Source of the DNA: Chrysomallon squamiferum
Lineage: Eukaryota > Animalia > Mollusca
DNA length: 64,000 nt
Reading direction: 5' to 3'
Assembly (NCBI GenBank): GCA_012295275.1
Contig: CM022679.1
Location: 31,496,001-31,560,000 of the forward strand
Below are positions 1 through 30,001 of the stretch, piece by piece. The notes under the pieces were generated by a model. The model worked only from the letters and a program-made list of their open reading frames with translations. It did no database searches and was not told the origin of the DNA. The position numbers and the translations under genes are program-made. The stretch's first letter is position 1; the number at the start of each line of letters is the position of its first letter.

Positions 1-132
1 AATGCTTTTTTAATATTTTTATTTCTGTCATTATTCAACATAAACATCCATAATAATGTTAAAAATAATTATGTTTGCAAACAAAACGGCAAAATTTGGT
101 ACATTGTATGTGTTGTGTACACTTTAAATTAC

Positions 133-3073
133 CTGTATTGCTTGTTGTCTAGCTTTTCTTGCTCTTTCCTCTCTTATTTTTTTCCTGTCTGTATTCTGTT
201 CATCAGTGACACTTTCCAGTAAAGAAAGACTTCTGTCACTCAGCTGTTTACCTTCTCGCTCCTGTCTCTTGTGTTCTAACATCCTTTTCAGTGCTGCCTG
301 GCAAGCCAACCTTCTCTTCTGATGTCGGCGAAACCACGACTGTATCTTTGTTGCAGCATTGTTCAATGTCTTTATGTAATCCTCAGCAACATTCAGTCCC
401 ACTTGATTCGAAGTTGATTTCGAAATGTCGTTCACTTGATGATTTGCCACTTGGTTTTTTGATGAAGATTTCCTCATCTGGTTTTGGTTCACCGGTGCTT
501 TAGGTTTGATATTTTGATACGAATTTTCCATGGACGACAGAGAAGGTCTGGTTCTTGGCATTAAACCTTGACTAGTCATGTTATTGGCGATGCTGTTCAG
601 TGGTAGGCTTCTGGGACTCGACTCAGATCTGTGACTATTGAGCATTCCCTGCTCGTCAGCTGACGAGTTGTTTCGGTTGACCCCTGACAGCTGGTTCTGA
701 AGACTCTGAAGTTTGTTAATGGAGCGAGACAGACTTTCTTCGATGTCCTCTGTCTCATCAGAGCTGCTGTTGACGACCTCTGGGTGGAAGATGTTGTGAG
801 GCTCTGTGCGATCTGAATCTAAAGTTGTGTCAGTTCTGGAACTGTTGGGAGGACCACTAGATTTTCTACCCTGTCAAATATGTTTTAAAACAATTAGCTT
901 CAGTTTATTACAAACACTTAACAGAATATGTCAGAATTAGGTTTCAACTTTAAGAAGAAACTAAAGCTCATAAATTATCTTATTATAAAATATTACAGTA
1001 TCCACTATAAAAGATTAATTAGTATCACAGAATGAACATTTGTGGAATGTGTCAGACATGAATAGTACTTGCGTCAATGTAATTTGCTAATCATAAATCT
1101 GTTAATGATGAGTTTTCACACTCAGAATGATACAAAATGATACTGTAGCTGAATGAAGACATAAGACTATAATGTTTGGTTTGTGTCCAACTTGAAAAAC
1201 TGAATTTATTAAACAATAAATAACTAACAATAATAATTTACTATAAAGATCTAGCTGAATAATTTCTATTACAGTTTTTTGAAAATGCTACTTCTAGATA
1301 TATCTAACTCAAATCTGTGTTTAATAAGTCAACACCTTTCCGAAGATGTTTATTAACTGGGTTTTTTAATCTAAACAATGATTTGTACTATTACACTGCA
1401 ATTAGTCATAAATAAAGAAGTACACGTCGTGGTACTAGTAGTACAAATTAGCGACTGATGATTGTGAGTATTACCATCTGGTCCCAGAGAACTTTTGACG
1501 TGGTGGTCTTCTGGTTTTTTGTACTAGGAGCAGAAGTGGGGCGTCTGATCTTGGGTTGATGTGAATTTTCAAACAGAGCTAGAAAATCAGTCCTGGAAGA
1601 AAAATATAAATACATAAATAAATAAATATGAATAAATAATCACACAAAAATGGTATTTTATCAACAAAAAAACTCCCCAGATAAACAGGAATGAATCTTG
1701 TTATTATTTTAATGGCAAAACATTCTGAACACATGTATCAATAACTGTAACAATGACGATTTTTATATTTTTTATTATGATAATTTTGGATAGAGAGAAA
1801 ATTAGGTAAGTAAATAATTGAGTTTGTAACTTACTCTTTGGTTTTGGGTCTTCTGCCAGAGTTTCCTGTTACAGTTGAAGTAGCACTAGACTCACTTCTA
1901 TGACTGGAAGGGGGCATTCCAGAACCTGGATAAAGTTAAACAGAATTTTTAAAGATATTCCATGAAACCCAGAAATTAACAACACTGAACAGAGTAAAAT
2001 TTGAATATTAATAATTTTGATTTTTCTTTTTTTTTTTTAAATCTCATTATATTGGTATCATATATGAATCATTAAAATTAAAACTTTCTGAAAGGTAATA
2101 TCACTGTGGTCTCATTAAAAGCTAAGGATATTTTACATGCATTTTCGAACATTTGTGAAAGAAGTCACCATAATGTATGATAAAACAGTTGTAAGTAATA
2201 GATTACATGGCACATAACTATTAAACATTGATCCTTGGGTCTTGCCTGAGGCAAGCACTCTAACAGTAATCTACATATAGTGTCCTCATGTATTGATTTA
2301 ATACAGTAAACAGTATGATTGCATGACATGTATCTCACCTTTCACCCATTTCAGTTTTCATTTTTGGTTATTTCCAACTCATTAAATACAAATCATAATT
2401 AAAATGATAATTTAAAAGTTATTAGTTATTAATTGTATGTGGTTTAAAAAATTCATCTTCATAAAAAAAAAAAATCCTTCATACTTCGATTTCTGGCTCG
2501 ACTGGGTGCTCTTTTTTCTGCATCACTTTCACTGCCAGATGTATATTTTCGATTTGATGTCTGAAAACAATATTTTATAAAAATAAAAATAATAATAATA
2601 ATAAAATTAATAATAAAACTAAAAACAAATTAATAATGATATCAGAAAACACAAATACTGACAGGAGTATTAATACTGTACTGTGACGGAAATTATTAAT
2701 AATTAAAATATTTAAGTCATGTCATATAAACTATATCTATGCAGTGGGTTTTTTTTAATACCTTTATTATATACACCAGAAATATATATATTTTTTCAAA
2801 ACACAAGATGATCTGCTAGCATTTAATGCTGCGACATTTTCATTTAAATAAAAAAAGAAACAATAATATTTTGTATTACAATAATAATTTTAATTATAAG
2901 TTTTAAACAAATAACTTTAAATGTATTACACAAACCTTTGATGTTCTTACATCAACTAAAGAGTTTGGTCGTTTCAGCTGTGCAGAGCTTGGGCGCTTCC
3001 CTTTAGATGTTAGAATCTGAGAACCTGTCAGACTAAGGTTCAACTCTTCGCCAGGGGGACTTCGGTAAGTCAT
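133..3073 (-). CDS. CEP131: Centrosomal protein 131 (AZI1), 5' part; gene continues beyond the window start
   Basis: GT-AG exons 3073-2936 (ATG at 3073), 2560-2485, 1925-1835, 1592-1475 and 870-133 join in frame. Motifs recalled from CEP131: N-terminal LNLSLTG..KRPSSA, TDFLALFENS, IQ motif (AATKIQSWFRRH) and RKKIREERARKARQQAIQ. Confidence 0.9.
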
Positions 3074-4779
3074 TTTAAATAATTTGAATTGTGACCTACA
3101 ATAAATAAAAAAATTAACCTTTTTTTCGAAACAAGGAAATTTCATAATTAAAACTGGAGGGAATAAATATAAAGATCAAAATTCATCTGTAAACTTATTC
3201 AATAAATACAAATTAATTAATTTTTTTTAACGTTTTAAAAAACATTATCAATTTGTTAAAAATAGATCAGAAAACCAAATCTGGAGTTTTATATGTATTA
3301 ATTATCTAGTAACTTTTATTTTAGAAGAAAGATACACATCTTAAATATTCAAAATCATATAACTCTGACCACTCCTTTGGCAGAAATGGAATAAATTGAT
3401 TTAGAAAATTTTGTAATCATAAATAGCATTTTGTTAATGAAAAATGATATATTTTGAGATTTTTAATTTAAACATTAGACAGTAAATTATGATTAATTTA
3501 ACTGTACTTAAAATGTCCCAATGGTTGTCAAGATTTTTTAATGCGAGCAAAAAGGAAATAACCAATAACTGAATAAGTTATAGTATGCAATGACATCTCA
3601 TTGAATAGAACTATTAAACCTTAGTTACACCACAGTGCTGGACTATGGAAATTTCGCCACAGGTATATGATGTCCAGGCAATCTCACCATGAGTGAGAAT
3701 CTATAAATTCTATTTCCTACTTGACTAACTGATGTTGTTTAAAATGATTATATTATTAAAATACATTAATCATTCATTGCATGTTGTTTTTATTTTTAAT
3801 AGCATGTAGGTTGCATGTTGTTCTTTCATGTTCTGACTTTTAGTGTATATAATATAAAATAAACAAATTATGAGAAATATTTCTATTGCAATAATTCTGT
3901 ACGAACTAGTAGAAATAAATATATATTTTTTTAAATGACAACTCGTGCAATTAATTAACTATTAATAACAGACCTGTCAAGTGAAAATCATTTAATCCAC
4001 TAGTTGTTGATGACCAAAAGCTTCAGTTGACATAACACACACACACACACACTGAGTAGGTTTAGAAGTGATTAATTATCTTACATCAGATTATTAGCAC
4101 CAGTGAATGCATAAAAAGATTTCTCCCAGACAGGCAGATATTAGTTGCATTTGAATACAAATACACTTTGGTTATAAATATGCATTTTGTTCATGAGAAA
4201 ATTTATTTAAGAATGCACTGAATGATAATAAGTTTAATAATATAATCATTTCAAACAGCACCAATTCTTTCTTGCTGTTATGTATCCCAGCTGGAAAATT
4301 AATCTACAGCAATTTCTAACTGTGATGAGACTGCTGGGCACTACACTGATGATACCATAGTAGTTCACTTTTCACCTTTCTGAATTTTGTTTACTTTTTA
4401 ATACGTTTAACCGTTAGTGTTAGTGTTACTGTTAGCTGTAGGATACTATCAGTATCATACTGATACTTAAGTTATGACTTTTGTATCATTGAATGTAATT
4501 ACTATAATTTTGTGTATTTGGAATATTCTCTATTCCATTGTCTAATTGGATAATCATGTAAAGTAATAAATTATATAATCACTGATTCACTATGATTATT
4601 AATATTATTATATAAAATTATGATGGTAAGATGAAGCTGCTGTTGGAAAATTATTTCATTTTTAAATTTCTTTATACGGTCGGATGTAAGACTAAGCCAC
4701 TGATTTTTAATTTACATTTGATTTATTATTATTAATATGCATCTATTTTATTACATTGCAAACAACTTTTTAAAAAGAT

Positions 4780-5435
4780 TTTACCCTTTAGTTTAGAAAA
4801 ACGAGAGTAGTACTCGGTCATTAATTCGCATGCCTGCACATCGTCAACCAAAACCGGTGGGCACTTCAGTCGAATATTGTGCATACGATTCAATTTAAGT
4901 TCAAGGTATACCCTTGCTTACAAACATTGTCATTTGTTTTTCTATAGTGTCACAGATAATGAACTGTCTGGGGTGCTGAACAATCAAGCCAGAAGCACTG
5001 CCGTACAATTTCGGTGTTTCTGCCGTCAAAACTTGTAAACATTTATTGGCTCATGCGCTGTGAACTAAATCTGTCTTTCCGGTTTCATTAAGTATCATTG
5101 AGCCTAAACTTTTTGGCTGTACAAATTAATAATAAAAATATTGTTCACATTTTTATTCTTTTAAATCCATAAAATATTGTTGTCCATTTATCGTTTAAAC
5201 ATATTCATCAAAAAGATATATATACTTAATAAATACCTTATTTCTCTGGCACTATATTGTCCATCGGCGATATATTGTGTATGTTAAAAGGCTTGTCTAG
5301 ATTTCGGCCATCTTGGGTTTTCAGAAATTGCTTATGAGTGGAAAAAAATAATTGTTTGTATACTGTCTTCTTTAATTTGGATACCCCTGCATAGCATAGC
5401 ATGCTCCAATTACTAATATACATGCATTCATAGCT
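4780..5435. promoter_or_regulatory. Probable bidirectional promoter between CEP131 and CNOT3
   Basis: Divergent ATGs at 3073 (-) and 5436 (+). Local CpG enrichment, ATTGG (reverse CCAAT) at 5045, ETS-like TTCCGG at 5077-5082, YY1-like CGGCCATCTTG at 5305-5315. Confidence 0.55.
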
Positions 5436-20908
<15,473 letters not shown>

Positions 20909-22971
20909 TTTTGAGCTTCTAACCATGTGATCTTGGATGTGCAATCCGCATCCTTTCTTGACTCGGTGCATAGAAAGGAGCCCTGACTAAATGCAGGACA
21001 TTGGATGCTACTACCCGACACTGACAAGTGAATGAATGGACAGTGGTCAGTTGTGCTCGGACTGTCAAGCCAAGCGAGTTGATCTCACAAAAACGGGTTG
21101 TTTTTGTATCACCGTCATGCTGCTGTTCTTCCCACAACAGACATCATTTTATTGAGTTTTGTTTCTGTCACACTCACATGGCTCCTCCTACTCTTCTCCA
21201 AGTGTTCACAAGGGCAAAAACTATTTTCTTTATTTTTATTTTGAAAAAAAAAAGAAAACGAAAAGAAAACAAAAGAAATATATACATATATATTAAAAAA
21301 TAAAAGATGAAGAGATAATATTTTGTGTTCTTCAACAATGCCCTAAAATACTGATTCAAATTAACCTGTTTTTTTTTTTTTTTTTTTTATGAATATGTAT
21401 AATAATAATATACATAAATAAGCTATATTTAAGAAAGTCACCTTTAGAAAAATCATGTGATGTCAAAACATGTTGGAAAATTCCAGAGTGTTGTAGTCTC
21501 ACTTGGCTGCATGCATCATGATAAAAAGAAAGGAATTAGTTGCCTAGGTTATGTACAAATTTATTTCTGAATGTCGACATTATGAGGAGAGTAGCAGGTG
21601 CACATGGTCAGTTGTACTGTGACCGATACAGGACTTTGTGACCAGCAGGCACTTGCCATATGTTTTAACAGTGTGGCCGTCCATGAACAAATGTGTGGCT
21701 GGCTGAATTGAGTGAATCAAAATTGAGAGGAAAATCATCTGTGGACTATTTGTTTTTATTTTAGTTGTTCTTTTATTATTATTATTATTATTATTATTTT
21801 TTTTTTTTTTTTCCTATCTGGCAGTATTCGTTGTTACGAGATCATGTTTAGACTATCAAAGAGTTTACACAGTTGTCACAGACTTGGTGCTTTGTTGAGA
21901 GAAAATGTTTGCATGGATTTGTTTGTTTTGTGTCATACATCTGAGTAAATGCTTAATTTGGTTCACTTCTGATGAATGTAGAACTACATTCTTTTTCGTT
22001 TTCTTTTTCTGATTAAATTAGTTGTGATGTGTTTTGGTTAACTATATCATTATGACAAAAGACATGGTTAAAAGTTAGTTACGACATTGACAGACTGTTA
22101 CTGTAAATAACAAGACATATCAGGGATGGACGGAACTGAAAGCTGCAAATGATATTTCTTTCTACTTCTGCATATGTTCTTCCTTTATACTGATATATAA
22201 ACGATTATTGGAAATATTCTTTGGAAAGAATTGAAGCCCTGTTTTAAATACTTAAGATGGTCACACTATTGGCTTTGTTTGATTTCTTGGTATCTTTCTA
22301 ATAATAACAAGTTTCTTAATGGATTTCTAAAACCACATTTCTTACTGAATTTTTTTTTTTTTTCTTTTGCTGAAATATTCCTTAGTAACTAGTGGTTTCA
22401 GAAGGTAATTTTATCTGCAGGCAGTGACAAAAGTGTCATTGATGAATGAAAAACCATAGACCACTGGAAGAATGTTTTTGTCTTCTTAACTAAATGTCAG
22501 GTGAAACTGGTGGTAATTATTTCACGAATTGATTTTTCTTTCGGTAGTTTTCTGATTCTAGAATTCATTTTTTTCTCATTTTTTCTTTCTTTTTCTTCTT
22601 ATTACTATTATTTTTTTAAACCTTGTGGTCCCCAATCCTAGAAACAGAAAGGCAAAAAAGAAAATGAATACACTTGAAAGTTCCTTCTTAAAATTGTATT
22701 TTGTGACATGAGTCACTTTAATGCATTGTTAGTTTTAGATTCTGAAAATTAGTGCATTGTTTGAGATAAAGATTGATTTTTGAGATAAGTAAATTGTTTG
22801 ATCAACTTCTAACATCCATTTACACATTCAGGATTAAATTGCTGGGTGGGTATTATTTTCTAATTGTAATTAAATTTAATACTTTTTCTACAGTTTATTA
22901 TTATTATTAATAATATTATTAACAGTTTGATACATTTTTAAAAATAAATAATGATTTTATCACTATTATTA

Positions 22972-23003
<32 letters not shown>

Positions 23004-26000
23004 ACAAAATAATATTCCTGTATCATTTGTAGTGACCAAATACACCTAACATTGCTCTCTTTGATTTGGTTGTATTTGAAAGTTGGCATGTTTTCTTTTT
23101 ATGTTGATATCTACGCAGGTCTTTGACTTTCAGTATTCTCTTAATGACATGTGACAAAAAAAAAAAAAAAAAAATAATAATAATAAATTGGTTTTAAATG
23201 ACTTGTAATAAACAGTTTGCTTTAGTCACAGCTGTTATAGTAAATTAAGTGTATTTTTGAGAAGTTACTGTTTTTAAGAAACTGAAAAAAATATATTACT
23301 TTAAAGACAAATAGTAGTTATAACTGTAATTTCAGGGTATTTTAAAAAAAGAATAAGTGGTTTAAAAATGATAAAATCTACAGAATAAAAAATACGACAC
23401 TTAATTACTTTTAAAATATGAAAATAATTTTTTACATGTGTATGTGTGTAAAGGAACTGTTTAAAATAAATGATAAGGTAATAACTTAATGTAAATAATA
23501 ATAATATGAATTTGAAAATAGCTTGATCTAAAAAATGATACTGATTTTAAATAATTAGAGTACAGGTATTTCTTTCATTTGGTTTGTGTAAAACTTCCAA
23601 ATATTTTTGAACAAATTTAATTAATAACTTAACCACTGGCTTCATCTTTCAGAACTCTACCTGTAAAATAGTAAGTTATGTTCTATAACTACTGCTTTAT
23701 CCTTGATAGCTATTTTGTTCATGTATAAAATAAATTTAAAAAAAAGAAAAGATTTTTTCAAACAACAAAAGTAAAACTATTTGAAATACGTAAGTGATCA
23801 AACAATAAAAAGAAGAAAAAAACATACATATATATATACGTATACATTCTGTGCACATACATACACACAAATGTATATGAACAGAATGCATGGAACAAAT
23901 AGTTGCAAACAATATTTCTTATTACTTTAGCATATGTTTTGCCTTACTGTTTGTGGCTGTCATTTATTTACAAAACGATTATTGGAAATAGTCTTTGGAA
24001 AGCTCACACACATATACACACACAAAACTTTAGTAAATACATTAACATTTAAAAAGCAAAAAAAAAAAAAAAAAAAGTAGAGGAATTCCAAGTTTAAAAT
24101 AATAGTGATTAAAAAAAGTGTTTTCAGTGTATGATCCTCTTGTCTGAATTCACCAAGTCCTATTGAGTGCTACGCCAAGAAGTGCTAATCTAGTATGAAT
24201 ACTGCCTTTATTTTTATTTTTTTACATTTTTTTTTTTTAAAAACAACTAGACATTGCTCCATGTTTCACATTCAGTTCTGTCTTAACTTTGATGTTTTTG
24301 CGATTATTAAAACAAATTCTGTTTGCAGATGAAAGTATTACATGTTATTTTCTTTTTCTTTTGGTAAAATATCTTTGCATAAAAAAAAAAAGAAAAAGAA
24401 AAAGGAAAAGAAATATAATTTTTACAAAGAATGTTAGTTTTTCAGATTTTTAGTTGAAGATTTGAAACGTAATTTTTATAAAGTTGTTCAGCAGGAGGAT
24501 AACGTGATGGAACAGGGTTTTCATCTGCAAAAAGAATTTTTAAAGCAGATTTGCTACATGTAACTAAATACTAAAATAGTTTTTGCTTTCCAGGTTAGCA
24601 TATTTGTTTTATTTATTTCTAAAAGTTTGCAGGTGGATTTTTTTTTGTCGTTTTTTTTATAGAGTTGAAAAATTACTGCTAATTGAGAATGAAAACTTGT
24701 GTGTCCTTGATTCTTTTGCTAACAACAGATTCCATTTCAAATTAAAATTTTGTCAGTGAAAATTTTCATTGATTTTATTAAATTTTCAGTATTCAGTTGT
24801 TTCAGAGTAATGGCAGTGAAATATTTGTCAAGTCTAGTTTGTATTTACAGAGAAATATTTTTGTTATGTCTACACATTTTATTGTTGGATGTGTACATGT
24901 TGACAACTAAAATATGGCTCAAAAACGAACAACTCAGTTTAGCATTGTGAGGTTTGACTTTTTTAATAGACTTTGCTATATTTCCAATGTGAACGGTTTG
25001 TCATGGCAACTTTTCTATGCTTGAAGTTTAGAAATTATTAATGTTATGTTACATAAAAAGATTTTTTTTTTTTTTTTTTTTTTTAATTTGCGTTTAAAAA
25101 AACTTAACAGCATGGATACTTCTTGAACAGTAGAAATAAAGTGAGAAATTCGTTTTAAATCTTAAAGAAAAAGAAGGAAAAATATCTTGTTTGGATTTCC
25201 CAACCTTTATTTTCATAGTTCTCTTTAAACATCTCCATAGGTTGTTAAAATTTAACATGGAATATATTTGTACAAACACTTACAAGTATATCTGTGTTGC
25301 CAGTACTGTTAATTTGTTTTTACAGGAGTTTTATGTGAATTTTCTTTTCTTTATATTGTTTGACATTATTTGTTCAGCAGTTACTCAACTCCAAAAAAAT
25401 TGGGGCCTTGATTATTATTACTATTTTTTTTTTTTAAAGTCATTTTTGAAAATAGCTATTGTTTATGCAAATCATTTTTATAATCAGTCTAGAATTTAAA
25501 CACTTTGATATTGGACTGCCTTTGATTATAATTTAAGTGATATTGCCACCACTTCCACAATTTTAAGAATAATGTAAGACAGAATGATTAATAAATGTAA
25601 TTATTATTTTTGTTTGTGTCTGTGCAGAGTACAGTTAATATCTTAGTATTCAGTAAGTAAATTCATGTTGCTGAAAATTACATAAAAAGAAAATTACCTC
25701 TAACAAAAAGTCCAGATATGCTATGATTTTTTTTTTACATCTATTAAATAGCTCTTAGTAAAAATATTTTCATTTAAACTTGTCATTTCTGTTTAAACTT
25801 TGGCTGTGCTGGTCACATGGAAGCTTGTGGGAGAGCAGCTCAAGTATTGATAGAAAAGCCAAAATGGATGATTTGAAAGATTTTTTACCCTCATCCTGCC
25901 TGCTTCATTACCTCCCTTGCTTAGCAGTGTGTACGTCTGTGTGCATGTGTCTGAGAATGTCGTGTCAGTTTGGTGCTAATGTTCTCATTTCATTGTCATG

Positions 26001-27456
26001 TAACATCTTTATTGTTTACATCACACCGAGGTCTTCATTTGAACAAGTGTGTTTTCAGCTCTATATAAACGAAATTAAAAATAACAAACGCTAAAAATGT
26101 TATTCTTAAGTCAGGATAAGTAAATTTAAAATAATTCATGAATCTGAACCAGAAAGTGATGATAATTTTTTTTACCAAATGCAAAGATTTAAACTAATAA
26201 ATGTTAACTCTCTTGAGACTGTGTTTGGATATTTTATGTCAATATGACAAAGTGTTGATGGATTCAAGTATTATTATTAACGTTATTATTTTGACAATCA
26301 GTTCAGCTGTACAAATTATCCTAAAAAGGATAAAAAAAAAAGGATTTTATTTGAGCTAGTTATCAGTTAACTAGCATGTGCCATTAACAAACTATGCAAA
26401 TATTTGAATGGCCTTTGCAATAAACTGTTTCTTACTGTTCTTACAACTATGACATTTTTAGTTCACTTTATCCATTAAGAACAGTTTTCTTTGAAATGGT
26501 AAAACTGATAGTAAAAGTGTGTTGGATTTCTAGCCTCCTCCCAAAATTTTTTCACATTCTAAAAATACTTGAAATCCTAACAGGTAATGTTTGTCATGTT
26601 GGATCTAAAAGGTTGATGGTTTTTTTGTTGTTATTTTGGAGTGAGGGAATTTTTTTTTTTTTTTTTAATTTCTTGCTATACAGATACTACTTTGACCACA
26701 CAAATTAATATCATCAGGAATAAATTGGAATTTAATGTTGTTACATGATAAATTTATGTAGTATTCTCAAGTATTTGTATTGAGACAGTTGTTATGGTAC
26801 TATTTCTGGTGGTTATGAAATAGTAAAACATTTCACTAGTCAGTTACTCACTTTCAGTGCCTGCTAGCAACAATTCTACATTACACGTTAGATATATTGG
26901 GAAGAAAGAAAGTTATGGTTTGCTCCATAACATTCTCGATTCTATTTGGAACAGGCATGTATCACAAAATCTCTTTTCTGATTAGCTTATACATCTAAAA
27001 TACTTCAAACAATTGTTATGAATTTTTAATTTACTGTTATTTTGAGATTTTATTTTCTGTAGCTCCAAGGTAAGGATGTTGTTTGTACATTTATTATATC
27101 CACTGTTCAAAGTTTGCTAAAAGCAGTTTTGTCCATGATTAATTGTTCAATAATTTGTTTTTGGTTTGTTGACCTAAATGATGAATGCTGCTGATGTGAA
27201 TTATTTTCAGAAAGAAGGGAAAAATTTTTTTTGGTTTAAATTGTTTCTTTTTGTCCTAGCATTGTTTTTGGTTTTTTTTTTTGGTTTTTTTATTATTTTA
27301 GTATGTACTGCAGACTGAAGTCCTTTTGCATAAGCTACAAGTGAAATAATTTCATTTTGCTGTGTGCAGCAGATACATTCACACTGGTGTATGCAAGACA
27401 CTTCATTGAATGCAAGAAGTGAAGTCACTTTGGTGTGTACAGTAGATGGAATCATT

Positions 27457-27487
<31 letters not shown>

Positions 27488-27900
27488 GTGCATGTGTGCA
27501 TGTTTGCACTGTTTTGCAAAGAGGTGGTGAATGCAGGCAGGTTGTGTGTGAACATGCGAGTTGCCAATTCTCCTTGTAAGCTTCATTCACTTGCAGTGAC
27601 GATGTAGTCTTCAAAATGTCCATGTCATTGATGTTTCATCATGCTGTTGGTTTTTAGTGTGAAGCTCTCTCTGTACTCTGATGGCCTATTTTTGTACAGT
27701 GTGAGTTACGATCTATCCTCACCTGGTTGCCCCGTTTAACCCACCAGGCCGTTGGTTTTAACAGCATCTTGGTGGGTTTGTATATATATATATAATTAAC
27801 CGGGGCAACCAGGTGTATGGATACAGCATAAAAAAAAAAAAAAAAAAAAAAAAAGAAAAAAAAAGAAAAAAAAATATATAAAAAATAAACTCATTTGTCT
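20909..27900 (+). other. Probable long 3' UTR of CNOT3 (3' end uncertain)
   Basis: No exons seen; plus strand is U/GU-rich; several TGTANATA motifs; AATAAA near 27884. Confidence 0.45.
27714..27823 (+). other. Long nested inverted repeat (RNA hairpin)
   Basis: CACCTGGTTGCCCCG (27720-27734) is the exact reverse complement of CGGGGCAACCAGGTG (27801-27815). Inner stem CCCACCA/TGGTGGG, outer TATCC/GGATA. Confidence 0.85.
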
Positions 27901-29149
27901 GAACAATGAATATTTGTCTTTGTTGTAATTTGCAAATGTGTTTTTATACATAATGTTTTTATCGTATATGTGCATACATTTACTTGCATGTATTTTTAGA
28001 AATATAACAGATATACAAGTGACTAAATTATAGGTTAAATAATGGATCTGGAAGAGAATGTTTACTGGAATGCAGTGATAAAAATATAGCTTCCCCACAA
28101 AAAAAAAAATCAAAAATCAAAATATCAGCTGCATTGATTTAATTTATAGTCTGATATTTATTTCAGTTTATGCTAGCACTTAAAAATTTAAGGAACCATT
28201 CACAAATATGTTTTGTTACTTCCTATTTGGTATGTTGTAAATTACTGCATTTCATCTCAAACCTTTTCAAATATTATCTTCAGTTCTTATAGTGAGGAAC
28301 ATATCTGTAAACAATAGCACCTGTGGCAAGCTCTGAAAATGCACTCCTATCCAAAATTCTGACATCCATCTTTCAGATCACTATACCATTAAATCAGCTC
28401 AAAAATGCCAGTCAGGTTTAACAGAAATTGCTTAGTGGCACCCAGGGCATGTAGCTTACTTGCTGTTTAGTTACACAACTGCTGACATCATAGTTTTCTG
28501 CCCACATTTACTCCTCATTGATAAACAGATTTATGTGGACAGAAAAGTTAAGAAAAGTTAAAAAAAAAAAAAAAAAAAAAAGAAAAGAAAAGAGTTAAAA
28601 AGGTTCCTGACTGGTGTCGATGTCAATGTAGATTATTTTCTCTACTTGGCAGTGTTAAAAAGTCTGGGATTGTCATACATTTATTGAAGATAACATTCAG
28701 TCTAAAACAACAACATTCTGAGAATTGTGCTACACACCAGGCTTGAAATGCTGCAGAACTAAACTTGTATAATTAGTGATATGCCTTTCAGAGTAAGACA
28801 TTTTAAAACAGGACACTGTTTTATTACCATATGCAGAAAAAAATAAAAAAAATCAACAAATTAGGAATATTTTCAATAAGTTGACATAATTTATGTTAAT
28901 GATCCTGCTTGTGACCATAACATGATGATTAAATAAATTAGAAATAGTTATCATGTGTCTTCTGAATGTTACCTTGTAAATACAGAAACAAACATTAGAG
29001 CCAAACAAGTTTCAAGTAGCCAAATTCAAAATATAAATCTACTATCAAAAGTTGCACAGATATATAGTTCAACAACAACAACAACAACAAAAATTAGCTT
29101 TCATTATTGTTTGGAATAATATATATATATCAAAAAAAAAAAAAAAAAA

Positions 29150-29210
29150 TTAAAATTGAACCGGAAGAAATTAATACGCTGAACAGTTTGAATACACAGT
29201 GAGTCATAGA
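29150..29210 (+). promoter_or_regulatory. Candidate promoter and non-coding first exon of the PH-domain gene
   Basis: ETS-like CCGGAAG at 29161, donor GTGAGT at 29199, candidate acceptor CAG at 29931-29933 upstream of the ATG. Confidence 0.4.
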
Positions 29211-30001
29211 CATTTATCTCATGGTAAATTAAAATCACTTATAAGAAAGATGTCGGACTTTTCAAATGATAATGAAACTATGCTGGAAACACTTGACAAA
29301 GCATATACATATTACATTTACGAATTAAACAGAACTGTGATATGTATGACACATCAAAGGAATAGTGATGCTGAAGATGGTCAAAATAAGTTATACTATA
29401 CTTTCAGTAAGAAAATGTCAGTAATAACAACAATAACAATAAACAGATAAATAATAATAAAAAATACGACCACCCTTGACAAACAGTTGTATAATTCTTA
29501 ACAGATCGCTATAATAATCCAGTATAAATAATTACTATGCTGTTAGTTATAATTTCTTCCATTAACATAAAAGCGAAAGAAACAAGCCTGAGTTGTGTAA
29601 TCAGGGACTTGCTCGACTTTTTCTGACTATAATAATGATATTTACCTTTACAGCCAGAAAGTTAGGTTTACAAGAGGACTTTCGACGTACCTATCGGCAA
29701 ACACTCGTTATAGTGGCAGTTGTATTGCCACTACAATGAGTATTATAAATTTGTCATCGTGAATGAAAATATTATCCTGAATTAACAGTTATTCAAGATC
29801 AATTCAAATGATACAAAAGCTAAACTAATTTATCATACCAAGTAATCATATATTTAAAGTAATAAATAATTGAACAAAATTTTCCTCATTTACATCACGT
29901 TCTAGTTTTCGAATTACCTCCCTTGTGAACCAGGAAGTTGGAATTGGTGGAAGATCTCGAATGTCATCGGTTGAAACAAAAACACATCGAAATAAATAAA
30001 A

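Noticed and set aside
29704-29740. Hairpin TAGTGGCA/TGCCACTA
   Set aside because: Too short for a pre-miRNA and no other support.
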